From IMG/VR virus record IMGVR_UViG_3300034071_001405, positions 4,250 to 68,249 of that record: a stretch of 64,000 nucleotides of DNA; one strand, 5' to 3'. How positions within the stretch are numbered: position 1 is the first letter of the stretch; every line of letters begins with the position of its first letter. Shown piece by piece: positions 9,492 through 18,614 of this stretch. The notes beneath the pieces were generated by a model. It saw nothing but the letters and a program-made list of their open reading frames with translations. It did not search any database and was not told the DNA's origin. Both the position numbers and the translations under genes were made by a program. The stretch comes from a virus.

Positions 9492-11099
9492 ATGGCTTAT
9501 TTTCCACACGCTTTCCAGAAAATGTTAGTTGGAACCACAGGTTTCAATTCAACTCCAGGCAGCACTCTTACTTTGACTGCTGGCCAAATCGGTGTTATTA
9601 GCGCTGCTAACAACACAATTCAAAATTTAGCAACTACTCCAACGTATGCTGCTACTCCTTTAGTTTATGTTGCACAAGGTAGTTTTTACGCTACAGACAA
9701 GATTGGTCCTTTTCACGGTGGATACAAAGAAACTGTAAAAACAAAAGGAATCAATCCAAAGTATGTTAGTGCATTCTACGTAACACAACCTTCTGCACCA
9801 ATTCAAACTGTAGTTCAAGTTTCATCAGGTCTTAACTGTACATCAGTTGCTTGTGACACTACTTACAGATTGCGTTTAGACATTAAAGGTTCTCCTGCGT
9901 TGAGATTCTTAACTCACAACTTGTACAACACTTTGGATGCATACAGCGGATGTTGCGATGCAAACAAAAGCAATGTTGACCCAACATCTGTACTAGCTTT
10001 ATGGTTAGATCAAATCAACAACAGTCCTTACTTAAACGAGTTTGTTTCTGCTAGACTTTGGGCTAAAGTTAACCCTGCTGTAACTGTAACTGCTACTGCA
10101 ACTGCTGCTTCTTCATTGACAGTTTCTGCAAGAGATTTTATTACAGCTGGTAACAGAGTAAGCTTCACTCCAACAACTGCAACTTCTGCAACTGGTTGTA
10201 CAATCACAGGTAACACATTAACTATTGGTACTGCAACTAACACGATTTTCTCTGTTGGTCAAGTAATCTCTGGTACTGGTGTTGCTGCAGGTACTAAAAT
10301 TGTTAGATTGGTTACAGGTGGTGGTGGTACAGGTAGTACATTTTTGGTTGATAAACCACAAGAAGTAGCTTCTACTACAATCAGTTCTACAAGTCCTGTA
10401 ATTGCATTCGTTGCTGCAGCTCACACTCCTGCAACTGGTGCCGGTACTGTAGCTTTAGTAGCTGCTCAAACTTTAGGTGTTCCAACAACTACTGCAATTG
10501 GTGTTGTTACAACAACTTCTGTAACTGTAAAATTCTTTGCTCCACACAGCACTGCATCTTCTTACACAGCATTTACTGGTGCAACTGCTCCTGATACTAC
10601 TGAGCCAATCTTAGAATTAACTGGTGCATACACTGATACTACATTTGGTGATTGTTCATTCTCTCCAATGGACCATGTTGAATACCAACCAATTGAAATC
10701 TATGCGTCTATAGTAGATGATTCTGGTGAAACATGTGTTAGTTCTTGCTTCGGTGCAACTGAAGTTCAAAGCACTTACCAAGGTAAAGGATTTGGTGAAA
10801 CTTTAGTTAGAGAGTTAATCTTATCTAAAAGATATGCTCAAGAGCCTTGGCAACAAGATCCACGCATGCGTGAGGTATTAAAAGATACAACTCTTACTGA
10901 GTTAACTCGTACAAGTTCATACTTTGTATACCACATATTACACAGTGTTCCACGTAAAAGCAATCCGTCTTCAACAATGGATTCAGATCAATACTTGGTA
11001 AAAATTGTTGTTAACAGTAGAAATACCAACTTTGAAACTTATTTGAACACATTGTTGACCAGCTCTGGTAACCACGTTCAATTGACAGTTCAACTTTAA
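9492..11099 (+). CDS. Putative auxiliary capsid protein with Thr/Ala-rich insertion
   Basis: MCP-like codon bias, own upstream leader and downstream terminator; position matches the crAss-like auxiliary capsid gene. Confidence 0.55.
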   Translation: MAYFPHAFQKMLVGTTGFNSTPGSTLTLTAGQIGVISAANNTIQNLATTPTYAATPLVYVAQGSFYATDKIGPFHGGYKETVKTKGINPKYVSAFYVTQPSAPIQTVVQVSSGLNCTSVACDTTYRLRLDIKGSPALRFLTHNLYNTLDAYSGCCDANKSNVDPTSVLALWLDQINNSPYLNEFVSARLWAKVNPAVTVTATATAASSLTVSARDFITAGNRVSFTPTTATSATGCTITGNTLTIGTATNTIFSVGQVISGTGVAAGTKIVRLVTGGGGTGSTFLVDKPQEVASTTISSTSPVIAFVAAAHTPATGAGTVALVAAQTLGVPTTTAIGVVTTTSVTVKFFAPHSTASSYTAFTGATAPDTTEPILELTGAYTDTTFGDCSFSPMDHVEYQPIEIYASIVDDSGETCVSSCFGATEVQSTYQGKGFGETLVRELILSKRYAQEPWQQDPRMREVLKDTTLTELTRTSSYFVYHILHSVPRKSNPSSTMDSDQYLVKIVVNSRNTNFETYLNTLLTSSGNHVQLTVQL

Positions 11100-11121
11100 T
11101 CTAAAATCTCTTATATACATC

Positions 11122-11165
11122 AAAGGAGGATTGAGCAAAAAACTCTTTCCTCCTTTTTTGTTTTT
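11122..11165 (+). terminator. Rho-independent terminator
   Basis: AAAGGAGGA-TTGAG...CTC-TT-TCCTCCTTT followed by a T-run. Confidence 0.8.
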
Positions 11166-11188
11166 GTAGTAAAAATATTGTAAATTAT
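11157..11188 (+). promoter_or_regulatory. Putative late promoter (TTTG-N20-TAAATTAT)
   Basis: Bacteroidota-like -33/-7 spacing with a variant -7 box; the same arrangement occurs at 1444-1475. Confidence 0.45.
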
Positions 11189-11206
11189 ATTGTAAAGGTT
11201 AAAATT

Positions 11207-11788
11207 ATGGGAACAATAAAACATAGACTTGCGCTGGATATTCCTGATACAGCATGTGATACCATTTTGAGAATATGGGATGCATCTTTGTACGGTGAAG
11301 GTCTAGAAATAGACTGTCAACGTTTAGACATTTTTCTACCAGGTTTTACAATACCTGTATACTATACAGATTTGACAGAAGGATTTATTAAAAATATTAC
11401 TGCATCAGATTTACAATTGCAACATCCACAAGCTGAAGTACCTGTAATTTTACCAGATGGTCTTTACACTATACGTTATAGTGTTTCGCCAAACACAGAA
11501 GTATTTGTTGAGTATTACCATTTGAGAACTACAACTTTGATGAATACTTACTATCAAGAAATTTGCAAAGTACAACTTGAAGCTTGTGAACCAGATGCAG
11601 AACAACATCAAAAACTTCATGACTTACGCTATATCAAAATGTATATAGATGCTGCAAAAGCAAAAGCAGAATACTGTCATGCTCCATCTGAAGGAGTTGA
11701 AATGCTTGCTTATGCAGAAAGACTATTAAGAAAATATTTAACAGGTTGTTGCGTTTCATGTCCTAGTGGAACGGTTCATTCACATTAA
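11207..11788 (+). CDS. Putative tail hub protein
   Basis: 193 aa; LPDGLYTIRYSV motif, Cys-containing helical C-terminus; synteny. Confidence 0.5.
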   Translation: MGTIKHRLALDIPDTACDTILRIWDASLYGEGLEIDCQRLDIFLPGFTIPVYYTDLTEGFIKNITASDLQLQHPQAEVPVILPDGLYTIRYSVSPNTEVFVEYYHLRTTTLMNTYYQEICKVQLEACEPDAEQHQKLHDLRYIKMYIDAAKAKAEYCHAPSEGVEMLAYAERLLRKYLTGCCVSCPSGTVHSH

Positions 11789-11808
11789 CATAATAAATCA
11801 AATAAAAT

Positions 11809-11958
11809 ATGTGCCCAAATTGCAATACCCATTTATCATGCGGATGTCAAAAACGTACCGCTTCAGACGGAAAACAAGTTTGTAACAACTGCCTTGTCCA
11901 GTATGAGGCAGAAATAGCTAAAGCAAAAGAAAACTTGAATAATCAAACACAACAGTAA
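11809..11958 (+). CDS. Small Cys-rich protein, 49 aa (absent from ORF track)
   Basis: MCPNCNTHLSCGCQKRTASDGKQVCNNC...; A-rich leader; TAATG stop/start coupling to the next gene. Confidence 0.75.
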   Translation: MCPNCNTHLSCGCQKRTASDGKQVCNNCLVQYEAEIAKAKENLNNQTQQ

Positions 11959-12185
11959 TGTATTACAATCCTACAGTTCGTATTAACAAACTTTTTGCAG
12001 ATGCTGTTTTTTCTAATTACAGAAAAAAAAGATATGGTCTAAAAAAATGTAAAACTACATATGAACCTGAGTACCTTAATGACATGAGAGAACTTTTAAA
12101 ACGTAATACAGAATTGAAACAGTGCAACAAAGTACTTGGTAGTTGTAGCATTTTAAAAATTGAAGAAACCATAAAAACATTATAA
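11958..12185 (+). CDS. Hypothetical protein, 75 aa (possible tail hub subunit)
   Basis: Translationally coupled on both sides by TAATG overlaps. Confidence 0.65.
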   Translation: MYYNPTVRINKLFADAVFSNYRKKRYGLKKCKTTYEPEYLNDMRELLKRNTELKQCNKVLGSCSILKIEETIKTL

Positions 12186-13753
12186 TGATTCCTGTAAGTA
12201 CAAACACAACAACAAACCACAACGACGCATGTACACCTTTGTCATCTTCTTGTGTTATTTGGAATGGTCCAGATATTCCTTGCATAGACTTATGTAGAGG
12301 TGATTCCATTGAAAAGGTTGTTTATAATCTTGCAACTGTTTTATGTGAAATTACAGAAGGAGTTCTTGACGTAACAACATTGGATTTTAAATGTTTAGTA
12401 TTATCAGGTCAAAGCGAACCAACTACACTTCTTGCAACAATACAGAAAATTATTGACAAGGTTTGTGAAACACCTACTAGTGGTGGCACAGGTGGAGTAG
12501 TTGTTCCACCAACTCCTATTCCTTTACCAACCTGTTTATATTATACACAAGGTGGTGACACAATTACACAACTTTTACCAAATGATTATAGCCAATATTT
12601 AGCAACTAAAATCTGTGCAATACTATCAACTATAACCACTGTCAATTTAGCAATTTCTACATTAAACACAAGATTGACAACTTTGGAAAATACTGTAGAC
12701 GCAATTGAAAGTGGAGGAACTAGTGGATTAACAATTCAAACACAATGTGCTAGCGGACCAACTCCAGGTCAAACACTGCCAATACAAACAGCATTTTTTA
12801 ACTTTGAAGAAAAATTTTGTGAATTAAGAACTTTATTGGGAAGTAACACTGCACTATCTACTGCAATCGCAAGAGAATGTGCAGGACTTGATAGTGCTCC
12901 ACAAATAAGTAATCAATTAGCAATAATGTCTGCACTATCAGGATGGGTTAGTACACCAACTAATCTTTCTCAGACAATAGTTAACATGTGGATTACACTT
13001 TGTGATATGCGTTCTGCTCTACAATCAATTGTTGCAGCAGGAGCATTACCATGTGCAATTGTATCTCCTTACAACGTACAAATTACAAATTTGACAACAA
13101 ACGGTTGTAAAGTTACTTGGAATGCTCCTCCTATATCGCTAACACAAAATCCTACAGGATACACTATAAATGTTTTTGAATGGAATGGTACAACAACTGT
13201 TGGTACAGCTATTGCAACTGTAGCAAAAACATTTCCATCAATTGACCATACATTTTCAAGTTTAGGGACTGCAGGTAAAACTTATATTGTTTATGTTACT
13301 GCACAATATAGTTGTGGAGAATCTTTACAAGCTTCTGCAATTGGTAAAACTCGTATTAGTCCTGTGACACATTTGATAACTGTTTCTGATACTACAAAAT
13401 CTAGTCCTGCAATTACTACAGTAACATGTAGTTCTGTTGTTTATCCTGCTGTTGAAAGATTAACCACAATTACACTTGTTGATCCTACAACAGGAACTCC
13501 TGTAACAAATATAGGTGCAACAATAGATGTAGTTTTAAGATATGGATTTATTGGAGATTGTGTTACAGCAGCACAACAAAATATTACAATAAGTATCCTT
13601 ACAGGACAAAGCACAGGAACGTATAATTATCTAGGTCAAAAACCAAAACTTTGTGCATCTCCTCCATGTACTCCAGAATATCAATCATATACTTGTGGTG
13701 TTTCTGTAAGTACTTCATCAGCGGCATTTGCACCATCAGTAACAATCTGTTAA
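12185..13753 (+). CDS. Cys/Thr-rich virion fibre or decoration protein with FN3-like domain
   Basis: Cys-rich N-terminal domain, coiled coil (INTRLTTLE-like), FN3-like segment (PYNVQI...VTWNAP...GYTI...YIVYVTA). Confidence 0.6.
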   Translation: MIPVSTNTTTNHNDACTPLSSSCVIWNGPDIPCIDLCRGDSIEKVVYNLATVLCEITEGVLDVTTLDFKCLVLSGQSEPTTLLATIQKIIDKVCETPTSGGTGGVVVPPTPIPLPTCLYYTQGGDTITQLLPNDYSQYLATKICAILSTITTVNLAISTLNTRLTTLENTVDAIESGGTSGLTIQTQCASGPTPGQTLPIQTAFFNFEEKFCELRTLLGSNTALSTAIARECAGLDSAPQISNQLAIMSALSGWVSTPTNLSQTIVNMWITLCDMRSALQSIVAAGALPCAIVSPYNVQITNLTTNGCKVTWNAPPISLTQNPTGYTINVFEWNGTTTVGTAIATVAKTFPSIDHTFSSLGTAGKTYIVYVTAQYSCGESLQASAIGKTRISPVTHLITVSDTTKSSPAITTVTCSSVVYPAVERLTTITLVDPTTGTPVTNIGATIDVVLRYGFIGDCVTAAQQNITISILTGQSTGTYNYLGQKPKLCASPPCTPEYQSYTCGVSVSTSSAAFAPSVTIC

Positions 13754-13776
13754 ACTTAAAAAAAAAATAAAATATA

Positions 13777-14301
13777 ATGTATCCAAGTCAAAACTGTGAA
13801 CCATGTAACCCTGAATGTCCAGAGGTAGTAGTACCTGCACCACCAGCGTGTATTGGTGAACCATGTGCTGAAATGATGTCAGGCCAGTGTGTAAAATATA
13901 CAGGACCTGCTATTCCATGCTTAGACATAGCTGTTAATGAAAACATAAATTCTGTTTTGCAAAAATTAATTGCAAATGTTTGTGGTTTATGTCCAGTACC
14001 TGTAATTACAACTTCAACTACATGCGGTGTAGGAAATACAACTTTTATCATTAAAGTTTCCTCTGATCACCTTACTGTAGGAACAATTATTGAAGTACAA
14101 TTTAAAACTCCTACTGCAACTGTATGGACATCTGCAACAAACATTGTGACAACAGGTGTTGTATTGAATGACTTTACAAATATTACTATACCTTTAAACG
14201 GTACACAAACTGCTACATATCAAGTAAGAGCAAGACGTAGATGTGTTGATGCTTTCACTGGTTGGGCAACTGCAACAGTAACTACTCCTGCGTGCGTTTG
14301 A
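13777..14301 (+). CDS. Cys-rich decoration protein with a paralogous N-terminal domain
   Basis: CVKYTGPAIPCLD resembles CVIWNGPDIPCID of the previous gene; FN3-like C-terminus (YQVRARRRC). Confidence 0.6.
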   Translation: MYPSQNCEPCNPECPEVVVPAPPACIGEPCAEMMSGQCVKYTGPAIPCLDIAVNENINSVLQKLIANVCGLCPVPVITTSTTCGVGNTTFIIKVSSDHLTVGTIIEVQFKTPTATVWTSATNIVTTGVVLNDFTNITIPLNGTQTATYQVRARRRCVDAFTGWATATVTTPACV

Positions 14302-14361
14302 TAAACTTTAATCAGCACATAAAAAGACTATTAACCTGGTTTATTGGTTTTCCAGGAAGAT

Positions 14362-14399
14362 AAGAGATGCCCCTGGTGAAAGCTGGGGGTGTTCTTTTT
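14362..14399 (+). terminator. Rho-independent terminator
   Basis: AGATGCCCCTGG-TGAAAG-CTGGGGGTGTTC GC-rich stem followed by TTTTT. Confidence 0.75.
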
Positions 14400-14409
14400 A
14401 AACCATTAT

Positions 14410-14441
14410 TTTGTAAAGTAGTATAATAACAACTAACTTTG
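14410..14441 (+). promoter_or_regulatory. Bacteroidota housekeeping-sigma promoter
   Basis: TTTG (14410-14413), 20-nt spacer, TAACTTTG (14434-14441): exact match to TTTG-N19-21-TAnnTTTG. Confidence 0.75.
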
Positions 14442-14481
14442 CAAAGTTCACTTACATGTTTACAAAACACATAATAAACAA

Positions 14482-15816
14482 ATGAATATAATTTCAGCAG
14501 TGTATCAAGGCTTAAAACGCAAAAAGTCAGCTGAGGCAGAAGCCCAAAGACTAGGCATCACAGTTTCTTACTATCATAAAATTAAAACAGAAATTGTAAA
14601 TGTAATTGAACAAGTTGGTGACAAAGTAGACCATGTAATTTTAAAGCTTGTTGAAGCAAACGTTTCAGGAAAGAAAACTTTAGCGTCAGAAGAGGAGGTC
14701 ATGTTCGAATTGGAACAAGAACTAGACAGACTGCACAACAAAGAAGAAGAGTCAAGTGTAGTAGAAATACATGAAAATCTTGAAGCAGGCACATCAAAAA
14801 TTACAGGCATTACATCTAGTGAGCCACGTAGTCCAGAAGAAATTATAAGAGTTTTAAAGATAGACACAACAAAGTGGAAACTATCACAGTTCTGGAATAA
14901 AGAAAAAGGTAGTAGATGGATTGTTTCAGCATTAGTAACTAGAATATCATCTGAAGAAAAAACACAACATAGTTTTTTAGAACTGCTTGAAGAATACAAA
15001 ATACCTAAAATTGAACCATTGGATCCTGCTAAACATTGGTTAAATGCAACAGCAACAGAAAAAGTTTGTGGTGTTATGTCATTACAAGATTTGCATTTTG
15101 GTAAACCAGGTAATGAAGATATGGGTAAAATACTAAATGACTCTATCAGTTACTTGATTGGAAAAGCTCACAAGAATTACTTTATGGAAAAGATAGTTCT
15201 TGTAGTTGGACCAGATACTTTGAACATGGATACTTTTGATGGAACAACAACAAAAGGAACACCGGTAGAAAACTCTGAGGTAGCTACTGTTGCTTATATG
15301 AAAGCTTTTGAAGCATTGCTTGAAGCTATAGGAACCATTAGACAGTTTTGTGAGAAACTAGAAGTTGTGTTTATCCCAGGTAATCATGACAGACTTAGCT
15401 CGTTTCACTTGTTACATGCTCTTTCTCAAGCATTTAGAGAATGGACAAACATAGAGTTTAATGTCAAATACTCAGAACGTAAAGTTTTACTTTATGGTAA
15501 AAACATGTTATGCTTTGAGCATGGAGATGTTAGTACAAAAAACAACCCTGTTGTTTATGCTATTGAGTTTCCAAATGAATGGGGAACAACAAAACACAGA
15601 ATGCTTTATACTGGACATTACCATGGTCGTAAAACCACAAACGTTGTAACTGAAAATGAAGAGCATGGATTTGTAACTAGAATTCTTCCAGCACTTACAA
15701 ATTCAGATTACTATCACTATCATCATAAATATGTAGGCAACAAGCGTTCAGCTATACTTCATATTCATGATAAAGACATGGGTTTAGTGTCAGAATTCAT
15801 CTATAACATCAATTAA
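14482..15816 (+). CDS. Calcineurin-like metallophosphoesterase with possible N-terminal HTH
   Basis: Motifs DLHFG, GPD, GNHD, HGD, GHYH in canonical order; N-terminal AQRLGITVSYY resembles an HTH. Confidence 0.85.
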   Translation: MNIISAVYQGLKRKKSAEAEAQRLGITVSYYHKIKTEIVNVIEQVGDKVDHVILKLVEANVSGKKTLASEEEVMFELEQELDRLHNKEEESSVVEIHENLEAGTSKITGITSSEPRSPEEIIRVLKIDTTKWKLSQFWNKEKGSRWIVSALVTRISSEEKTQHSFLELLEEYKIPKIEPLDPAKHWLNATATEKVCGVMSLQDLHFGKPGNEDMGKILNDSISYLIGKAHKNYFMEKIVLVVGPDTLNMDTFDGTTTKGTPVENSEVATVAYMKAFEALLEAIGTIRQFCEKLEVVFIPGNHDRLSSFHLLHALSQAFREWTNIEFNVKYSERKVLLYGKNMLCFEHGDVSTKNNPVVYAIEFPNEWGTTKHRMLYTGHYHGRKTTNVVTENEEHGFVTRILPALTNSDYYHYHHKYVGNKRSAILHIHDKDMGLVSEFIYNIN

Positions 15817-15874
15817 TACAAGTAGTTCTTTATAATGTCCAAAATTTTTAGTAAATTCTTATAGTAGGCCAACA

Positions 15875-16453
15875 ATGAAAAATGCAAAAAAACTAGATCT
15901 ACACGCACCACGTTTCAGAAGAATTGCTGAAGGAACGCTTAACAATGAATTTGTCAAGTTAATAAAAGAGCAAATACCTTCTACAAAAGAACTCACAGCT
16001 GCTGAAATCAAAACGATAATCAGTACTTTTAATGGAGAACTTTGGCAGAATGCTGTAGACAAACGTGATGGTGTTGAAATACCAGAACAGATAGGGCATA
16101 TTTTTATTGGAACATGTCCACCAAAGAAAAAGAATGTAGATTTTAAAAGCACTCTGCAATACATGAAGGTAATACAGCACCGTAATTGGGAAAGTGACCA
16201 ACATCTTGCAAAGATATTTTACACTACATTTGGGACAAAGTATCGTTTTAAAAACAACGAGCTTTGGGGATTTGTACCTACAAGAGATTTCAAAAGAATG
16301 GTAGGTAAAACTTACCCTAAGAAATGGAAACAATATGTGCAAGTTGACCCTACAATGAAAATGTCTGGATTCTACAGAAGCATGATGAACAAGATGAGAA
16401 CTGAAGAAGCAGCTAAGGAGCTAATTGAGACATATAACGAATTTGAACTTTAA
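15875..16453 (+). CDS. IHF/HU-like DNA-binding protein (crAss-like)
   Basis: Basic 192-aa protein; helix-helix then GVEIPEQIGHIFI strand pattern; position before the tail ring genes. Confidence 0.65.
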   Translation: MKNAKKLDLHAPRFRRIAEGTLNNEFVKLIKEQIPSTKELTAAEIKTIISTFNGELWQNAVDKRDGVEIPEQIGHIFIGTCPPKKKNVDFKSTLQYMKVIQHRNWESDQHLAKIFYTTFGTKYRFKNNELWGFVPTRDFKRMVGKTYPKKWKQYVQVDPTMKMSGFYRSMMNKMRTEEAAKELIETYNEFEL

Positions 16454-16458
16454 CTGAG

Positions 16459-17130
16459 ATGATAACAATATTAGAAGCTACATCAAGAATAAGAAACTTA
16501 ATTAAGTCTGTAAAGCAAGATGCTTTTTTGACAGATAGGTTTTTGTATTCTGTAATAATGAAGCACGCAAAACTATTAATGCGTAGACAGGACAACCTGC
16601 ATCGTATTATGAAATTTAACTCTGTGTTTCAAACACTTGACTTTGTAGAACTTATAGATGTTGACAGAGCTCAAGCAGAGTGTCGTTGTATTTCTACAGG
16701 ATGTACTTTTAAACGCACAAAAGAAAAACTTCCTCAGATGATAGATGGATACTGGGGCCCTTTGATTAGAGCTGTGACTTCATTAGATTTGTCAGAAGAA
16801 TTGACACCTACATTTCCAACTACTTTTGAGCAGATGAGTCGCCAAAAAACTTTTAAGTACAACAAGAAAAAGTATTACTGGTATTTGAATGGTTATCTTT
16901 ACTTTCCAAACTTGGAGTGGGATGCTATTCGTTTAGAAGGAGTTTTTGAAGGTGATATTTCACAATACAACTGTGACCCTGCTGATAACTGTGAATACAT
17001 ACAAGACAAAACAATAAACATACCTGAGTACTTGTTTACAGAAATTGAGCAATTGGTGATGAGAGATTTAGGTGTTTTATTACAAATACCACAAGATATT
17101 CAACATGACAATAAACATGTTGTTAGATAA
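16459..17130 (+). CDS. Tail ring/tubular protein
   Basis: 223 aa; YYWYLNGYLYFPN and IPEYL...IEQLV segments; synteny. Confidence 0.65.
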   Translation: MITILEATSRIRNLIKSVKQDAFLTDRFLYSVIMKHAKLLMRRQDNLHRIMKFNSVFQTLDFVELIDVDRAQAECRCISTGCTFKRTKEKLPQMIDGYWGPLIRAVTSLDLSEELTPTFPTTFEQMSRQKTFKYNKKKYYWYLNGYLYFPNLEWDAIRLEGVFEGDISQYNCDPADNCEYIQDKTINIPEYLFTEIEQLVMRDLGVLLQIPQDIQHDNKHVVR

Positions 17131-17149
17131 AATTAAAACAAGATAAACA

Positions 17150-18238
17150 ATGTTGACTGAAGTACAATATAGAAACTTTGATGAGCTGATAGACAGTATC
17201 AAAATTGATTTGAGGCACTTTGACCTTGAAGGAATGATAGAGCCTCAACAGCTAATTAAAGTGGCAATTAAGGCTAACTATGAACTAGGGTTGAAAGTAA
17301 ATCCATCACGTTCTAAAGCTATTGAGATTCATAAAGGTAAAGGTAGACTACCTATAGATTTTTATGTTCTTAACTTTGCACTTTTATGTGAAGGTCATAA
17401 AGCTCACTACCAAAGACAAGAGGATATGAAAACATATACTCAAGGATTACTTGAAGGAGCTTTATTAGCACAAAAGCTAAATCAATTAGGTACAGGTAGT
17501 TCAGTAAGACAATATAATGTTACGCTTGATATTGTTCCCGGAGTAAATACCATAACTCACAATCTTGGATCTACTGATATCATGGTGCAAGCATTAGCAA
17601 CTGATGGACAAATTCTTTCATACATTTTAGGAATAGTTTCTGAAAATGCTATAACAATAAATTCACCAGCAAATGTCACTATTACAGATGTTAGAGTTGT
17701 TGTTATGGGAGCTATAAGAGCTTACACAGGTGAAAGTGCAGAAATAACTGCAACACCTGCAGGTACGACAATGGTTCATTATAATGTTCATGGCAAACGT
17801 CATGAATATACATCACTTATACCTATGCGTATTGACAAAAGCAAATCAGTTTCTGCAGATTGTTTTAACTTAAACAGTAAAGACTATCATGCTGCAGTAA
17901 TTAAAAATGGTTTTCTTGTTACAAATTTTGATGAAGGGGTTGTTTATATAAACTACCAATCTTTGATGGAAGATGATGAAGGTAACTTATTAGTTATGGA
18001 TCATCCACTTGTCAATGAGTATTATGAGTATGCGCTAAAGCAACGTATTTATGAGAACCTTTTTATGAGTGGTGAAAATGTAGCAAACTACTTACAACTT
18101 GTAGAACAAAGACTTAGATCTGCACGTAACAACGCATTATCATTTGTGAATACTCCAGACTTTAGAGAACTGAAAGAAGTTTGGGAGATGAACCGCAAAG
18201 CACAATATCACAATTACTATTCAATGTTTAAAGGTTAA
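17150..18238 (+). CDS. Tail ring protein with an inserted beta domain
   Basis: LPIDF, GFLVTNFDEGVVYINY and DDEGNLLV segments; insert containing THNLG...VQ. Confidence 0.6.
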   Translation: MLTEVQYRNFDELIDSIKIDLRHFDLEGMIEPQQLIKVAIKANYELGLKVNPSRSKAIEIHKGKGRLPIDFYVLNFALLCEGHKAHYQRQEDMKTYTQGLLEGALLAQKLNQLGTGSSVRQYNVTLDIVPGVNTITHNLGSTDIMVQALATDGQILSYILGIVSENAITINSPANVTITDVRVVVMGAIRAYTGESAEITATPAGTTMVHYNVHGKRHEYTSLIPMRIDKSKSVSADCFNLNSKDYHAAVIKNGFLVTNFDEGVVYINYQSLMEDDEGNLLVMDHPLVNEYYEYALKQRIYENLFMSGENVANYLQLVEQRLRSARNNALSFVNTPDFRELKEVWEMNRKAQYHNYYSMFKG

Positions 18239-18242
18239 ATAG

Positions 18243-18608
18243 ATGGCAGACAAGTTTTATAAATGTAAAATTAATGTTCCTATCTACAACACAAATGCAA
18301 TGCTTTGTGTTGTAAAAGATATGGAAGACATGCAGATTTATCTTGACAAAAAGGTAAAAGGAACTATTGATGTAATTGGAGCAGATGGATGTGTTTTTGA
18401 TATCTATACAACAAAGGGTTTAGAATACTACATTGTTTTAGTTGAAGATAGACTTTCTCACAACTTGATTGCGCATGAAATTTACCATCTTGGTGTAAAA
18501 ATTACCACTGATGTAAACATAGTAGATGAAGAATCTACTGCTTGGTTGATAGGTTTTTTAACAGAGAACATTTACAAAGTTCTTGAGAAAAAAGAATTTA
18601 AAATATAA
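18243..18608 (+). CDS. Small HExxH zincin-like metallopeptidase
   Basis: LIAHEIYH (HEIYH 18474-18488) followed by DEESTAW supplying a candidate third-ligand Glu. Confidence 0.7.
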   Translation: MADKFYKCKINVPIYNTNAMLCVVKDMEDMQIYLDKKVKGTIDVIGADGCVFDIYTTKGLEYYIVLVEDRLSHNLIAHEIYHLGVKITTDVNIVDEESTAWLIGFLTENIYKVLEKKEFKI

Positions 18609-18614
18609 GATACT

